Positions 9,571-17,697 of a stretch of 64,000 bases of DNA are shown piece by piece. The first letter of the stretch is position 1. Each line of letters starts with the position of its first letter. The DNA is from Candidatus Hydrogenedentota bacterium (GTDB lineage Bacteria; Hydrogenedentota; Hydrogenedentia; Hydrogenedentales; SLHB01). The notes under the pieces are model-generated. The model ran no database searches. It saw only the letters and a program-made list of their open reading frames with translations, and was not told where the DNA came from. Location of the stretch: NCBI GenBank assembly GCA_045863335.1, contig BTVY01000020.1, positions 1 to 64,000 on the forward strand, given 5' to 3'. The translations under genes were made by a program, and so were the position numbers.

Positions 9571-10476
9571 ATGGCAGTAATCGCACATACCCACACCGGA
9601 CCGGAAAAGGGCGGCAATTACGAGTACCACTGGTCCGGTGCATATCTCGAAGCGCATCTCATCTCGGATGTCGGGAAAAAACGCTCCCGCAACGAGGACA
9701 GTTGCGCGATGTGCGCCCCTGACGATCCACGGATCGTTCAGGACCGGGGCCTGCTCTTCGCCGTGGCCGACGGCATGGGCGGCGTCAGTGGCGGCGATTT
9801 TGCCAGCCGCCTCGCTCTCCAGACGCTCGCGGAAGAGTACTACGCGCGCCGCGAATCCAATATTCCGATCCGCCTGAATGAGTCCATCAGTCAGGCGAAC
9901 CGGCGCATTTATCAGGAAGCCGAAAACCACCCGGAATACTACGGCATGGGAACGACGGTCTCCGCGTTGCTGATTGACGGCGATCACGCCTACATTGCCC
10001 AAGTCGGCGATAGCCGGGTCTACCTCTTGCGAAAAGGCGAACCCATCTGGCAGATCACCGACGACCATTCCCTCGTTGCCGAGCAAGTCCGCAACGGCTA
10101 TATCTCCGAGCAAGAGGCGCGCACCCATTCCCTCAAGAATCTCATCACTCGGGCGGTCGGCACCAAAGAAGCCGTAAACGTGGATTTGTTCGCCGTGCAG
10201 CTTCGGACCGGCGACACCCTCCTCATCTGTTCCGATGGGTTGTCGAACGTGGTCGAAAACGATCAACTTGCGACCGCGATGGCCGGCGAAAATCTGCAAG
10301 GAGCCGGTCGTGTGCTCGTGGGACGCGCGTTGAGCGCCGGAGCCCCGGACAACGTGACAGCGGTGCTGGTTCGCGCTACCGGCGCCCTTCCCCGGACCAG
10401 GTTCCACGAAGGTGCGCAGAAAGTCAGTCTAACCCGCAGCGGCCTCTTGGGCGCCTTGCGACGCCTCATCTCCTGA
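9571..10476 (+). CDS. PP2C-family Ser/Thr protein phosphatase (Stp1/PrpC-like)
   Basis: SDVGKKRSRNED, VADGMGG, MGTT, VGDSRVY, DHSLV, ICSDGL and DNVT motifs. Confidence 0.95.
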   Translation: MAVIAHTHTGPEKGGNYEYHWSGAYLEAHLISDVGKKRSRNEDSCAMCAPDDPRIVQDRGLLFAVADGMGGVSGGDFASRLALQTLAEEYYARRESNIPIRLNESISQANRRIYQEAENHPEYYGMGTTVSALLIDGDHAYIAQVGDSRVYLLRKGEPIWQITDDHSLVAEQVRNGYISEQEARTHSLKNLITRAVGTKEAVNVDLFAVQLRTGDTLLICSDGLSNVVENDQLATAMAGENLQGAGRVLVGRALSAGAPDNVTAVLVRATGALPRTRFHEGAQKVSLTRSGLLGALRRLIS

Positions 10477-10728
10477 CCGCGCCAAACCACGCACGCAGCG
10501 CAATCGCAACAAATTACATGGTAGTTTGTTGTCTGAGAAACGCATTCCGCCGGTTTGACAGTTATGGCCGGTTCCTGCCCGGTTGCAGGCGGCAAACCCC
10601 AACGCGCTGCGCCAGCGCCATGCGATGCGACGATTCTCAAGGGCGGGGCGTGTTCCGGGCCCATCGCCCGGTATCTCGATAGGCCGCACCCGTGACGCCA
10701 AGTGACCGTTCCCCGGCTTCCCTCGGAA

Positions 10729-10757
10729 TTGATTGATATTCAGGCGGGGCATAGAAT
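10729..10757 (+). promoter_or_regulatory. Candidate sigma70 promoter of the nfeD/floA operon
   Basis: TTGATT (10729-10734), a 17-nt spacer, and TAGAAT (10752-10757), about 70 nt upstream of ATG 10829. Confidence 0.45.
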
Positions 10758-10828
10758 GACGTACGGGACTATTGGGCAGCTGGCGCGCGTTATGCTCTCG
10801 GACAGCGCGCAAGATGGCGGGAAGAGGT

Positions 10829-12469
10829 ATGCGTAACATGTGCAGCGTATTCAGAGTCGCAAGCCTGCTTCTGGTTGTTTCGTGCCTGGCACTGGCACAG
10901 GCTCCTGAAGAAGCCGCCAACGACGGCCCATTCGTCGTCATTTGCCCCATCGTTACCGAACAGGGGACCATGATCGACGACGGTATCCTCGTGCTCGTCA
11001 ATCGCGCCATCGCCGAGGCAGAAGGCGCCGAGGCAATAATCTTCATCATCGACACTCCAGGCGGCCGGCTGGACTCCGCAATCGAGATCACGAATTCCAT
11101 CATGGACGCGCCGTGCAAGACCATCGCCTATATCAAAGGCACCGGCGCCATCTCCGCGGGCGCCCTGATCAGCTACTCGTGCGATGTCATTACGATGGGG
11201 CCCGGCAGCAACATCGGCGCCTCGCAAGTCGTCTATTTCACGGGCGAAGGCATGACGCCCGCCGGCGAGAAAGAAACCTCCTTCCTCCGGTCGAAATTTG
11301 CCGCCCTCGGTGAAGAGAAGGGGCACAATCCCGATATCGGCATGGCCATGGTCGACAAAGATATCGAGTTAATCGCCGTGCCGCGCGAGGAAGGCGGTTA
11401 CGACGTCTACGCCACGAACGCGGGACAGTCCAGCGGTTCGAGCGCTTCCGGCGCTGTGAACGAAATCCTGGAGGGTATTGAGGAAAACTCGGAAATCGAC
11501 CTGGGCCCCTTGAAGGAACTCGTCGAAAGCATCGCCGGCGGCGACGAGGAAGGCCCCACATCCGGCGAACAGGCCGTGCAGGCCGCCATTCAGTCCGGCT
11601 TGGCCGGGACCCATATCGTCGTAGGACCCGACAAACTGTTAACCCTCACGCCGGACGAAGCGGTGAAGTACAACCTCGCCACGGGGGAGTTCCGCACGTT
11701 GGAAAACCTGCTGCGCAGCGAAGGTCTGGAAAACGCGCGGCGAGTAGAACTCGAATTGACATGGTCGGAGGAGCTGTTCCGCTGGCTCACGAGTCCCACC
11801 GTTTCCGGAATCCTGCTCATGCTGGGAATCGGCGGACTGTACCTCGAGATCCGCACGCCGGGCTTCGGGTTGCCGGGGATTATCGGCATCGTTGCCCTGG
11901 CTTTGTACTTTGGCGCGCGAAGCGTCATCGGATTGGCGGATTGGGTCGATCTCCTGCTGGTACTGACCGGCCTTGTGCTCATCGCCATTGAAGCGTTCGT
12001 ACTGCCCGGGTTCGGAATCGCAGGTGTTGCCGGGATCCTGTGTTTGCTCGCGGGGCTGTATCTGTCGTTCACCTTCTCGGATTTCTACCTGCCGGACTAC
12101 TCCTGGTCGGTCGACCGCTTGCAGGACGCCGGAAAAACCGTGACCCTCACCACCGTAGGCCTAATTGTATTCACGGTGATTTTGTGGAAGGTGTTTCCAC
12201 GCACACCCATTTATGGAAGGCTTGTACTGGCCGACGCCCAAGACGTGGCCATGGGATATTCCGTGCAATCCGAACAGGATCGGTCTTCCGCGATTGGCCT
12301 GAAAGGAGTCGCGACCAGCATGCTTCGCCCCGCCGGGCGGGGACGATTCGGCGACAAGACGTACCAAGTGGTGAGCCGGGCCGAGTTCATTGAAGAAGGG
12401 ACACCCATTACGATCGTTGAAGTAGAAGGCAACCGCTACGTAGTCGATCGCGTGAAAGAAAACGCGTAA
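10829..12469 (+). CDS. nfeD: Long-form NfeD: ClpP-class serine protease domain, TM bundle and C-terminal OB-fold (YqeZ-like)
   Basis: Signal peptide, IDTPGG, AISAGALI (catalytic Ser region), KLLTLT, EIRTPGFGLPG and LPGFGIAG. C-terminal G...LRPAG...EFIEEG...VEGNRYVV. Confidence 0.92.
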   Translation: MRNMCSVFRVASLLLVVSCLALAQAPEEAANDGPFVVICPIVTEQGTMIDDGILVLVNRAIAEAEGAEAIIFIIDTPGGRLDSAIEITNSIMDAPCKTIAYIKGTGAISAGALISYSCDVITMGPGSNIGASQVVYFTGEGMTPAGEKETSFLRSKFAALGEEKGHNPDIGMAMVDKDIELIAVPREEGGYDVYATNAGQSSGSSASGAVNEILEGIEENSEIDLGPLKELVESIAGGDEEGPTSGEQAVQAAIQSGLAGTHIVVGPDKLLTLTPDEAVKYNLATGEFRTLENLLRSEGLENARRVELELTWSEELFRWLTSPTVSGILLMLGIGGLYLEIRTPGFGLPGIIGIVALALYFGARSVIGLADWVDLLLVLTGLVLIAIEAFVLPGFGIAGVAGILCLLAGLYLSFTFSDFYLPDYSWSVDRLQDAGKTVTLTTVGLIVFTVILWKVFPRTPIYGRLVLADAQDVAMGYSVQSEQDRSSAIGLKGVATSMLRPAGRGRFGDKTYQVVSRAEFIEEGTPITIVEVEGNRYVVDRVKENA

Positions 12470-12497
12470 GCGGTTAAGGGGGAAGGGACACACAGCC

Positions 12498-12797
12498 ATG
12501 GATGTTCGCACGTCGTTGATTCACATGCTGAAAGGACTGCGCGAGGAAATGCTCGCCATCCAGCAGCAAGGCGCCGGGTACTACAGTTGCACGCCTATGG
12601 CCCGGCGATACAACCGCTTGCTCGAACAGGCGCGCCATCTGTTCCCCGAAACGGACGGATTAATCGGGACTTTCGAGGCCCTCGAGGAAACCGACCCCAA
12701 GGATCCGGCGGACAAGATGAAGGTCGTTCAGGGTATCCGGCTCGAGATCGGTCAGCTCCTCACGCTGCTCGAATCCGCCGAGGAGCAGAAGAAATGA
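12498..12797 (+). CDS. Small soluble hypothetical protein (99 aa)
   Basis: Purine-rich RBS, genome-typical codon usage and an ATGA overlap with the next gene. Confidence 0.7.
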   Translation: MDVRTSLIHMLKGLREEMLAIQQQGAGYYSCTPMARRYNRLLEQARHLFPETDGLIGTFEALEETDPKDPADKMKVVQGIRLEIGQLLTLLESAEEQKK

Positions 12798-13273
12798 TCT
12801 GGTGGGTCGGATTCTTCTTCGCAGCGGGAATTGCACTGATTCTCGTGGAGTTCATCCTTCCAGGTCTGGTCTGCGGAATCTTGGGCGGCACATTCCTCGT
12901 CGTGAGCTGTGGTATCGCATTATACAATTTCCCCCAGCACGGTATGTTCATCATTTTCGGCGAGGGCCTCGCGGCCGCGCTTTGCATCGGACTCGGATTC
13001 TACTTCTTCCCCCGCTCTGTCGTCGGCAGAGCAATGATTCTGGAAGATAGCCAACAGCAGGAGGCCGGCTGGGTTTCCGACACGTCCAACGCCGCGCTAA
13101 TGGGTAAGTTGGGTGAGGTATTCACCGATCTCAGGCCCGCCGGGACCGTGATGATTAATGGCGAGCGCGTCAACGCGGTGTCCTCAGGCGAATACATTGC
13201 CAGCGGTGTTGCCGTTCGCGTTATCGAAGTACACGGTAACCGCGTGGTCGTCGAGGAAGTTGCAAAGGCTTAG
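12794..13273 (+). CDS. Short-form NfeD family protein (TM helices plus OB-fold)
   Basis: Three hydrophobic segments including VEFILPG, then GKLGEVFTDLRPAGTVMINGERVNAVSSGEYI...VIEVHGNRVVV. Confidence 0.9.
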   Translation: MIWWVGFFFAAGIALILVEFILPGLVCGILGGTFLVVSCGIALYNFPQHGMFIIFGEGLAAALCIGLGFYFFPRSVVGRAMILEDSQQQEAGWVSDTSNAALMGKLGEVFTDLRPAGTVMINGERVNAVSSGEYIASGVAVRVIEVHGNRVVVEEVAKA

Positions 13274-13292
13274 CTTCATTCCGGGAGTGCTG

Positions 13293-13913
13293 ATGCCGAA
13301 TCTCGTCATCGCGGTAGCGCTATTCCTTGGATCGATTGTAGCCTTCGCGATCGGAGTCATGGTCTTTACCGTTTTTGGGCCATGGCTGCGCGCACGAGCG
13401 GGCCGCGCTCCCATAGCGTGGTTGCGGCTGTGCACGATGGCGATGCGGCGCGTAAACCTCGGTACCGTGGTCAACGTGTATATCCTGGCAAAGCAAGCTG
13501 GCGTGAACGCGTCGATTGACGAAATCGAATCGCACATGCTCGCGGGTGGCAATGTGAATCGCGTCATGGTGGCCGCGGCGGTGGCTCGAAGGGCCGACGT
13601 ATCGTTTTCGTTTCGCATGGCGGCCGGCTTCGATCTCTCCGGGCGCGATGTCGTTTCCATCGCGCAAGATCTTGTCCATGCAAAAGAAACCGGGCTGCGG
13701 GAGCAGGCTGAAAAGGCAAACCGCGAAGCCCTTGCCGCTCGGGTGGGCAGGACCGCGGAGGTAGTGCATGCCATCGGTCCGCCGGGGCTGGTTACGGTGG
13801 ACGGTGAATTGGTACAGGCGGTCTCGGTTGGCGGTTACCTCCCGAAAGGTGCTACCGTAGAAATAGTGGGAACAAAAGATAACATGGTCGTGGTTAAGGC
13901 GGCCGCGGATTAG
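13293..13913 (+). CDS. Chimeric protein: FloA-like N-terminal region fused to an NfeD-type C-terminal OB-fold
   Basis: IESHMLAGGNVNRV...AAGFDLSGRDV aligns by eye with [14 protein letters not shown]...[11 protein letters not shown] of the next gene. The C-terminal VGRTAEV...GPPGLVTVDGELVQAVSVGGYLPKGATVEIVG aligns with the OB-fold of the previous gene. Confidence 0.8.
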   Translation: MPNLVIAVALFLGSIVAFAIGVMVFTVFGPWLRARAGRAPIAWLRLCTMAMRRVNLGTVVNVYILAKQAGVNASIDEIESHMLAGGNVNRVMVAAAVARRADVSFSFRMAAGFDLSGRDVVSIAQDLVHAKETGLREQAEKANREALAARVGRTAEVVHAIGPPGLVTVDGELVQAVSVGGYLPKGATVEIVGTKDNMVVVKAAAD

Positions 13914-13928
13914 GAAAGGACCCAGCTA

Positions 13929-14951
13929 ATGTTAGGAACCTTCTACACGATTCTTGGCGTGGCAGCGGCCATCGTTGTACTCATCTTTCTGGTCATTGTC
14001 CTTACCTTCTTCAAACTGTATATCCAGGCCTTGCTTTCGGGCGCGCGGGTCAGCCTGCTGAGTTTGGTGGCCATGCGGCTCCGTAAGGTCAACCCTTCCG
14101 TAATCGTGGAAAGCCGCATTAACGCCGTGAAAGCCGGCCTCAACATTTCCACCAACGAACTGGAGGCCCACTACCTCGCGGGCGGCAACGTCGTGCGCGT
14201 CGTGCAGGCGCTTATCGCAGCTAACAAAGCCAATATTGAGCTGAACTTCCAGCGCGCCACGGCCATCGACCTCGCAGGCCGCGACATTCTCGACGCCGTG
14301 CAAACTTCCGTGAATCCGAAGGTCATCGACTGCCCGGATCCCCGGCAGGGTCAATCTACGGTGGCCGCCGTAGCCATGGACGGTATTCAGCTCAAAGCAA
14401 AAGCCCGCGTGACCGTGCGCACGAACATCAATAGCCTCGTCGGCGGCGCTACGGAAGAAACCATCATCGCGCGCGTGGGCGAAGGTATCGTGACGACCAT
14501 CGGCTCCTCCCCGACGCACAAGCAGGTGCTGGAGAATCCCGACCGCATTTCGAAAGTTGTGTTGCAGCGCGGCCTCGACGCGGGAACGGCGTTTGAAATC
14601 TTGTCGATCGATATCGCCGACGTGGACGTGGGCGAAAACATCGGCGCTCAGTTGCAGACGTCGCAGGCCGAAGCCGACAAGCAGATCGCCCAGGCCCGCG
14701 CGGAAGAGCGCCGCGCCATGGCCTACGCCCGCGAACAGGAAATGCGCGCCCAGGTGATCGAAATGCGCGCCCGCGTAGTCGAGGCGGAAGCCGAAGTGCC
14801 CAAGGCCATGGCAGAGGCCTTCCGGAGCGGTAACTTGGGCATCATGGACTACTACCGCATGAAGAACGTCATGGCCGACACGAGCATGCGTGAATCCATC
14901 TCGAAGACGGAAGGACGCCCGGACGACGACAGCACCAATCCGCGGACCTAA
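13929..14951 (+). CDS. floA: Flotillin-like protein FloA (YqfA/UPF0365)
   Basis: [70 protein letters not shown] and GIMDYY. Confidence 0.96.
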   Translation: MLGTFYTILGVAAAIVVLIFLVIVLTFFKLYIQALLSGARVSLLSLVAMRLRKVNPSVIVESRINAVKAGLNISTNELEAHYLAGGNVVRVVQALIAANKANIELNFQRATAIDLAGRDILDAVQTSVNPKVIDCPDPRQGQSTVAAVAMDGIQLKAKARVTVRTNINSLVGGATEETIIARVGEGIVTTIGSSPTHKQVLENPDRISKVVLQRGLDAGTAFEILSIDIADVDVGENIGAQLQTSQAEADKQIAQARAEERRAMAYAREQEMRAQVIEMRARVVEAEAEVPKAMAEAFRSGNLGIMDYYRMKNVMADTSMRESISKTEGRPDDDSTNPRT

Positions 14952-14969
14952 GGTTCGAGGGAGCGGACG

Positions 14970-15725
14970 ATGAATAACATCGAGGATCTGATCTATCTCC
15001 TCTTCTTCGTGATCTTCGTGATCGTCGCGATCGCGCGAAAGTTCACGGAACAGCGAGAGATCACCAAGCACCAGGAGGAGATGCGTCGCAAGAAGCCGCA
15101 GGAAATGCCGGAGACGACGCGCCGCATGCTCTACGGTGACGACGTGCCCACGGCGCGTCCGCGTTTCGGCGATGATGACGAAGAGGGGCCGGTTATCGCG
15201 CCTTCGCGCCGGGAACCGCAGATCCCCACAGCCCAGCCGCGGCAACAACAGCGCCGGGTGCCGCCTCCCGTTGCGCCTCGCCAATCGACGCAGCGCTCGG
15301 CAACGGCAGCGCCGCAACGGCCTGTGCCGCCGCCCGTCCGGCCCGTTGCCCCTGCCCCCCGTGTGGAATCTGCACGGGAAAGGGCGGCTGGTGCGTCGAC
15401 TCCGTTCCGGCCGCAAGAGCAGCAACGGCGGTTAGCGCCGGAGCAACGTCGCGCGGCGCCCCCCATGCGGCAGACGCCACAGCGCACACAGCAAGCACAG
15501 CGTCCGGCTTCACCGCCTCCGGTGGTCGTTCAGCCGACGCAACAAACGCGTCGCCGGCCCGCTCAGGCTCCCGGACTTCCCGCGCCGCCGCAGCGCCCGG
15601 CAGCGCGCAAGGCGCAGCATGCACCTGCCGCATCCCGCTTCTTCGAGCACCGCGGCGAGTTGCGGCGCGCAATCCTGTTGCGGGAAATCCTCGGCCCGCC
15701 AAAGGCATTCGAGGGCCTGGACTAG
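14970..15725 (+). CDS. YqfB-like protein: N-terminal membrane anchor, Pro/Arg/Gln-rich disordered linker and conserved C-terminal motif
   Basis: N-terminal TM segment, a low-complexity middle and C-terminal LRRAILLREILGPPKA, typical of genes following floA. Confidence 0.7.
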   Translation: MNNIEDLIYLLFFVIFVIVAIARKFTEQREITKHQEEMRRKKPQEMPETTRRMLYGDDVPTARPRFGDDDEEGPVIAPSRREPQIPTAQPRQQQRRVPPPVAPRQSTQRSATAAPQRPVPPPVRPVAPAPRVESARERAAGASTPFRPQEQQRRLAPEQRRAAPPMRQTPQRTQQAQRPASPPPVVVQPTQQTRRRPAQAPGLPAPPQRPAARKAQHAPAASRFFEHRGELRRAILLREILGPPKAFEGLD

Positions 15726-15748
15726 CCCCAGTCCATCTGCATAAACAC

Positions 15749-15785
15749 ACGGGCGTCGTCACCCGACGGCGCCCGTTTCCCTTTC
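15749..15785 (+). terminator. Intrinsic terminator of the flotillin operon
   Basis: Stem ACGGGCGTCGTC / GACGGCGCCCGT (15749-15776, one G-U pair) followed by TTCCCTTT. Confidence 0.65.
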
Positions 15786-15901
15786 ACGTCTCCACCCCCA
15801 ATCGGGATCGGTATCGAAATCACTTTGCTTCAAAGCCTACACAATCAACAGTATCCGAAATGGTAGAAGCGCCATGGCGCAAGCTGTTAAACTGTTCGCT
15901 T

Positions 15902-17584
15902 ATGAGTGACGAGAACAAGCCCATCATCGTGCAATCCGACCGATCTGTATTGCTGGAAACGGACGGACCCAAATTTGAAGACGCGCGGGACAGCATTGCG
16001 GCCTTTGCCGAGTTGGTGAAATCCCCCGAACACATTCACACCTACCGGATTACGCCGCTCTCCCTGTGGAATGCCGCCGCGTCGGGCATGACGGCCGGCG
16101 AAATCGTCGATCATCTCAAGGCCTTCAGCCGCTACGAGATTCCTGAAAATGTCATCGTCGATATCGAGGATAACGTCGCCCGCTACGGACGTCTGAAATT
16201 GTACAAACAGGAAGACGGCGGCGACCTCGTCCTCCATTCCGAAGACAGCCTGCTCATTATGCAGTTGCTGAATCAGAAGGATCTGAAACCCTATGTAGCG
16301 GGATCGCCGGACGGACACCGCATCTTCGTCAAACCGGCCGACCGCGGCAACGTCAAGAGTGCGCTCATCAAGATCGGATTCCCGGTCGAAGACTTGGCCG
16401 GCTATATCGAAGGCGCGCCCCTGAAGCTGAGCTTCCGCGAGACCACCCTCTCCGGCACGCCCTTTGGCCTGCGCAAGTACCAGAAAGAGTCGGTCGACGC
16501 CTTCTACGCGAGCGGCTCGAACCACGGCGGAAGCGGCGTGGTCGTCCTTCCCTGCGGCGCGGGCAAGACCGTCGTCGGCATCGCGACCATCGAGCGGTTG
16601 CAGACACAGACTCTCGTCTTGACGACCAATACCGTTGCCCTTCGGCAATGGAAGAACGAACTCATCGACAAGACAACGATTTCCGAAGACCAATGCGGCG
16701 AATACAGCGGCGACTCCAAGGAAATTCGGCCGGTCACCTTCGCCACGTATCAGGTATTGACCTACCGCAAATCCAAGGACAGCCCCTTCGTCCATTTCAG
16801 TCTGTTCGACGAGGGCAATTGGGGCCTCATCGTGTACGACGAGGTCCATCTGCTCCCCGCGCCCGTGTTTCGCGCCACGGCGGCCTTGCAGGCGCGCCGC
16901 AGATTGGGACTCACCGCGACGCTCGTGCGCGAGGACGCCCGCGAGGACGACGTCTTCAGCCTCATCGGCCCGAAGAAATACGATATGCCTTGGAAAGTGC
17001 TGGAAAAGCAGGGCTGGATTGCGCAGGCCTTGTGCACGGAAGTGCGCGCACCGCTCTCTCAGGACGAACGCTACCGCTACGCCATCGCGGACAAGCGTGG
17101 GAAGTTCCGCATCGCCTCTACCAACCCCGTCAAAACGAGCGTCTGCGAGACATTGGTCAAGAAGCACAAGGAGGACAATGTCCTCATCATCGGCCAGTAC
17201 CTCGATCAGTTGAAGGTACTTGCCAAGCATTTCAAAGCGCCTATCATCACCGGGCAAACGGCGAACAAGAAGCGCGAGGAATTGTACGCGAAATTCCGCA
17301 CGGGCGAATGCAAGCTCCTCATCGTATCGAAGGTGGCCAACTTCGCCATCGATTTGCCGGACGCCAACGTGGCGATCCAGGTCTCTGGAACCTTCGGCTC
17401 CCGGCAGGAAGAAGCGCAGCGGCTGGGCCGAATCCTGCGACCTAAAAGCGAGGGCACTATCGCGCGGTTCTATTCCCTCGTATCCCGCGATACCTGCGAT
17501 CAGGACTACAGCGTCAAGCGCCAACTCTTTCTCACCGAGCAGGGCTACCGGTACGAGATCAAGAACTCCGACGATCTGAATTGA
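15902..17584 (+). CDS. Bacterial XPB/Ssl2-like SF2 DNA helicase
   Basis: PIIVQSDRSVLLE, KSPEHIHTYRITPLSLWNA, Walker A PCGAGKT, DEVH, GLTAT and QRLGRILR. Confidence 0.95.
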   Translation: MSDENKPIIVQSDRSVLLETDGPKFEDARDSIAAFAELVKSPEHIHTYRITPLSLWNAAASGMTAGEIVDHLKAFSRYEIPENVIVDIEDNVARYGRLKLYKQEDGGDLVLHSEDSLLIMQLLNQKDLKPYVAGSPDGHRIFVKPADRGNVKSALIKIGFPVEDLAGYIEGAPLKLSFRETTLSGTPFGLRKYQKESVDAFYASGSNHGGSGVVVLPCGAGKTVVGIATIERLQTQTLVLTTNTVALRQWKNELIDKTTISEDQCGEYSGDSKEIRPVTFATYQVLTYRKSKDSPFVHFSLFDEGNWGLIVYDEVHLLPAPVFRATAALQARRRLGLTATLVREDAREDDVFSLIGPKKYDMPWKVLEKQGWIAQALCTEVRAPLSQDERYRYAIADKRGKFRIASTNPVKTSVCETLVKKHKEDNVLIIGQYLDQLKVLAKHFKAPIITGQTANKKREELYAKFRTGECKLLIVSKVANFAIDLPDANVAIQVSGTFGSRQEEAQRLGRILRPKSEGTIARFYSLVSRDTCDQDYSVKRQLFLTEQGYRYEIKNSDDLN

Positions 17585-17697
17585 ACCTCCAGATCATCGC
17601 GATCGTAATCGCCGCTTCCGTTTCAAATCCGTGCGCACTCGAAACAGCAGACCGGGATCGCTATGCTTGTGGCTGGCGGCAGTCACGGAATCGCATC

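Noticed and set aside
15131-15650. Pro/Arg/Gln-rich stretch as a tandem DNA repeat or extra overlapping genes
   Set aside because: It is a low-complexity linker of the YqfB-like protein with no regular nucleotide period.
13932-17524. Long antisense ORFs 13932-15425 (497 aa) and 15887-17524 (545 aa)
   Set aside because: They shadow floA and xpb on the opposite strand, show no motifs, and are expected from high-GC codon bias.
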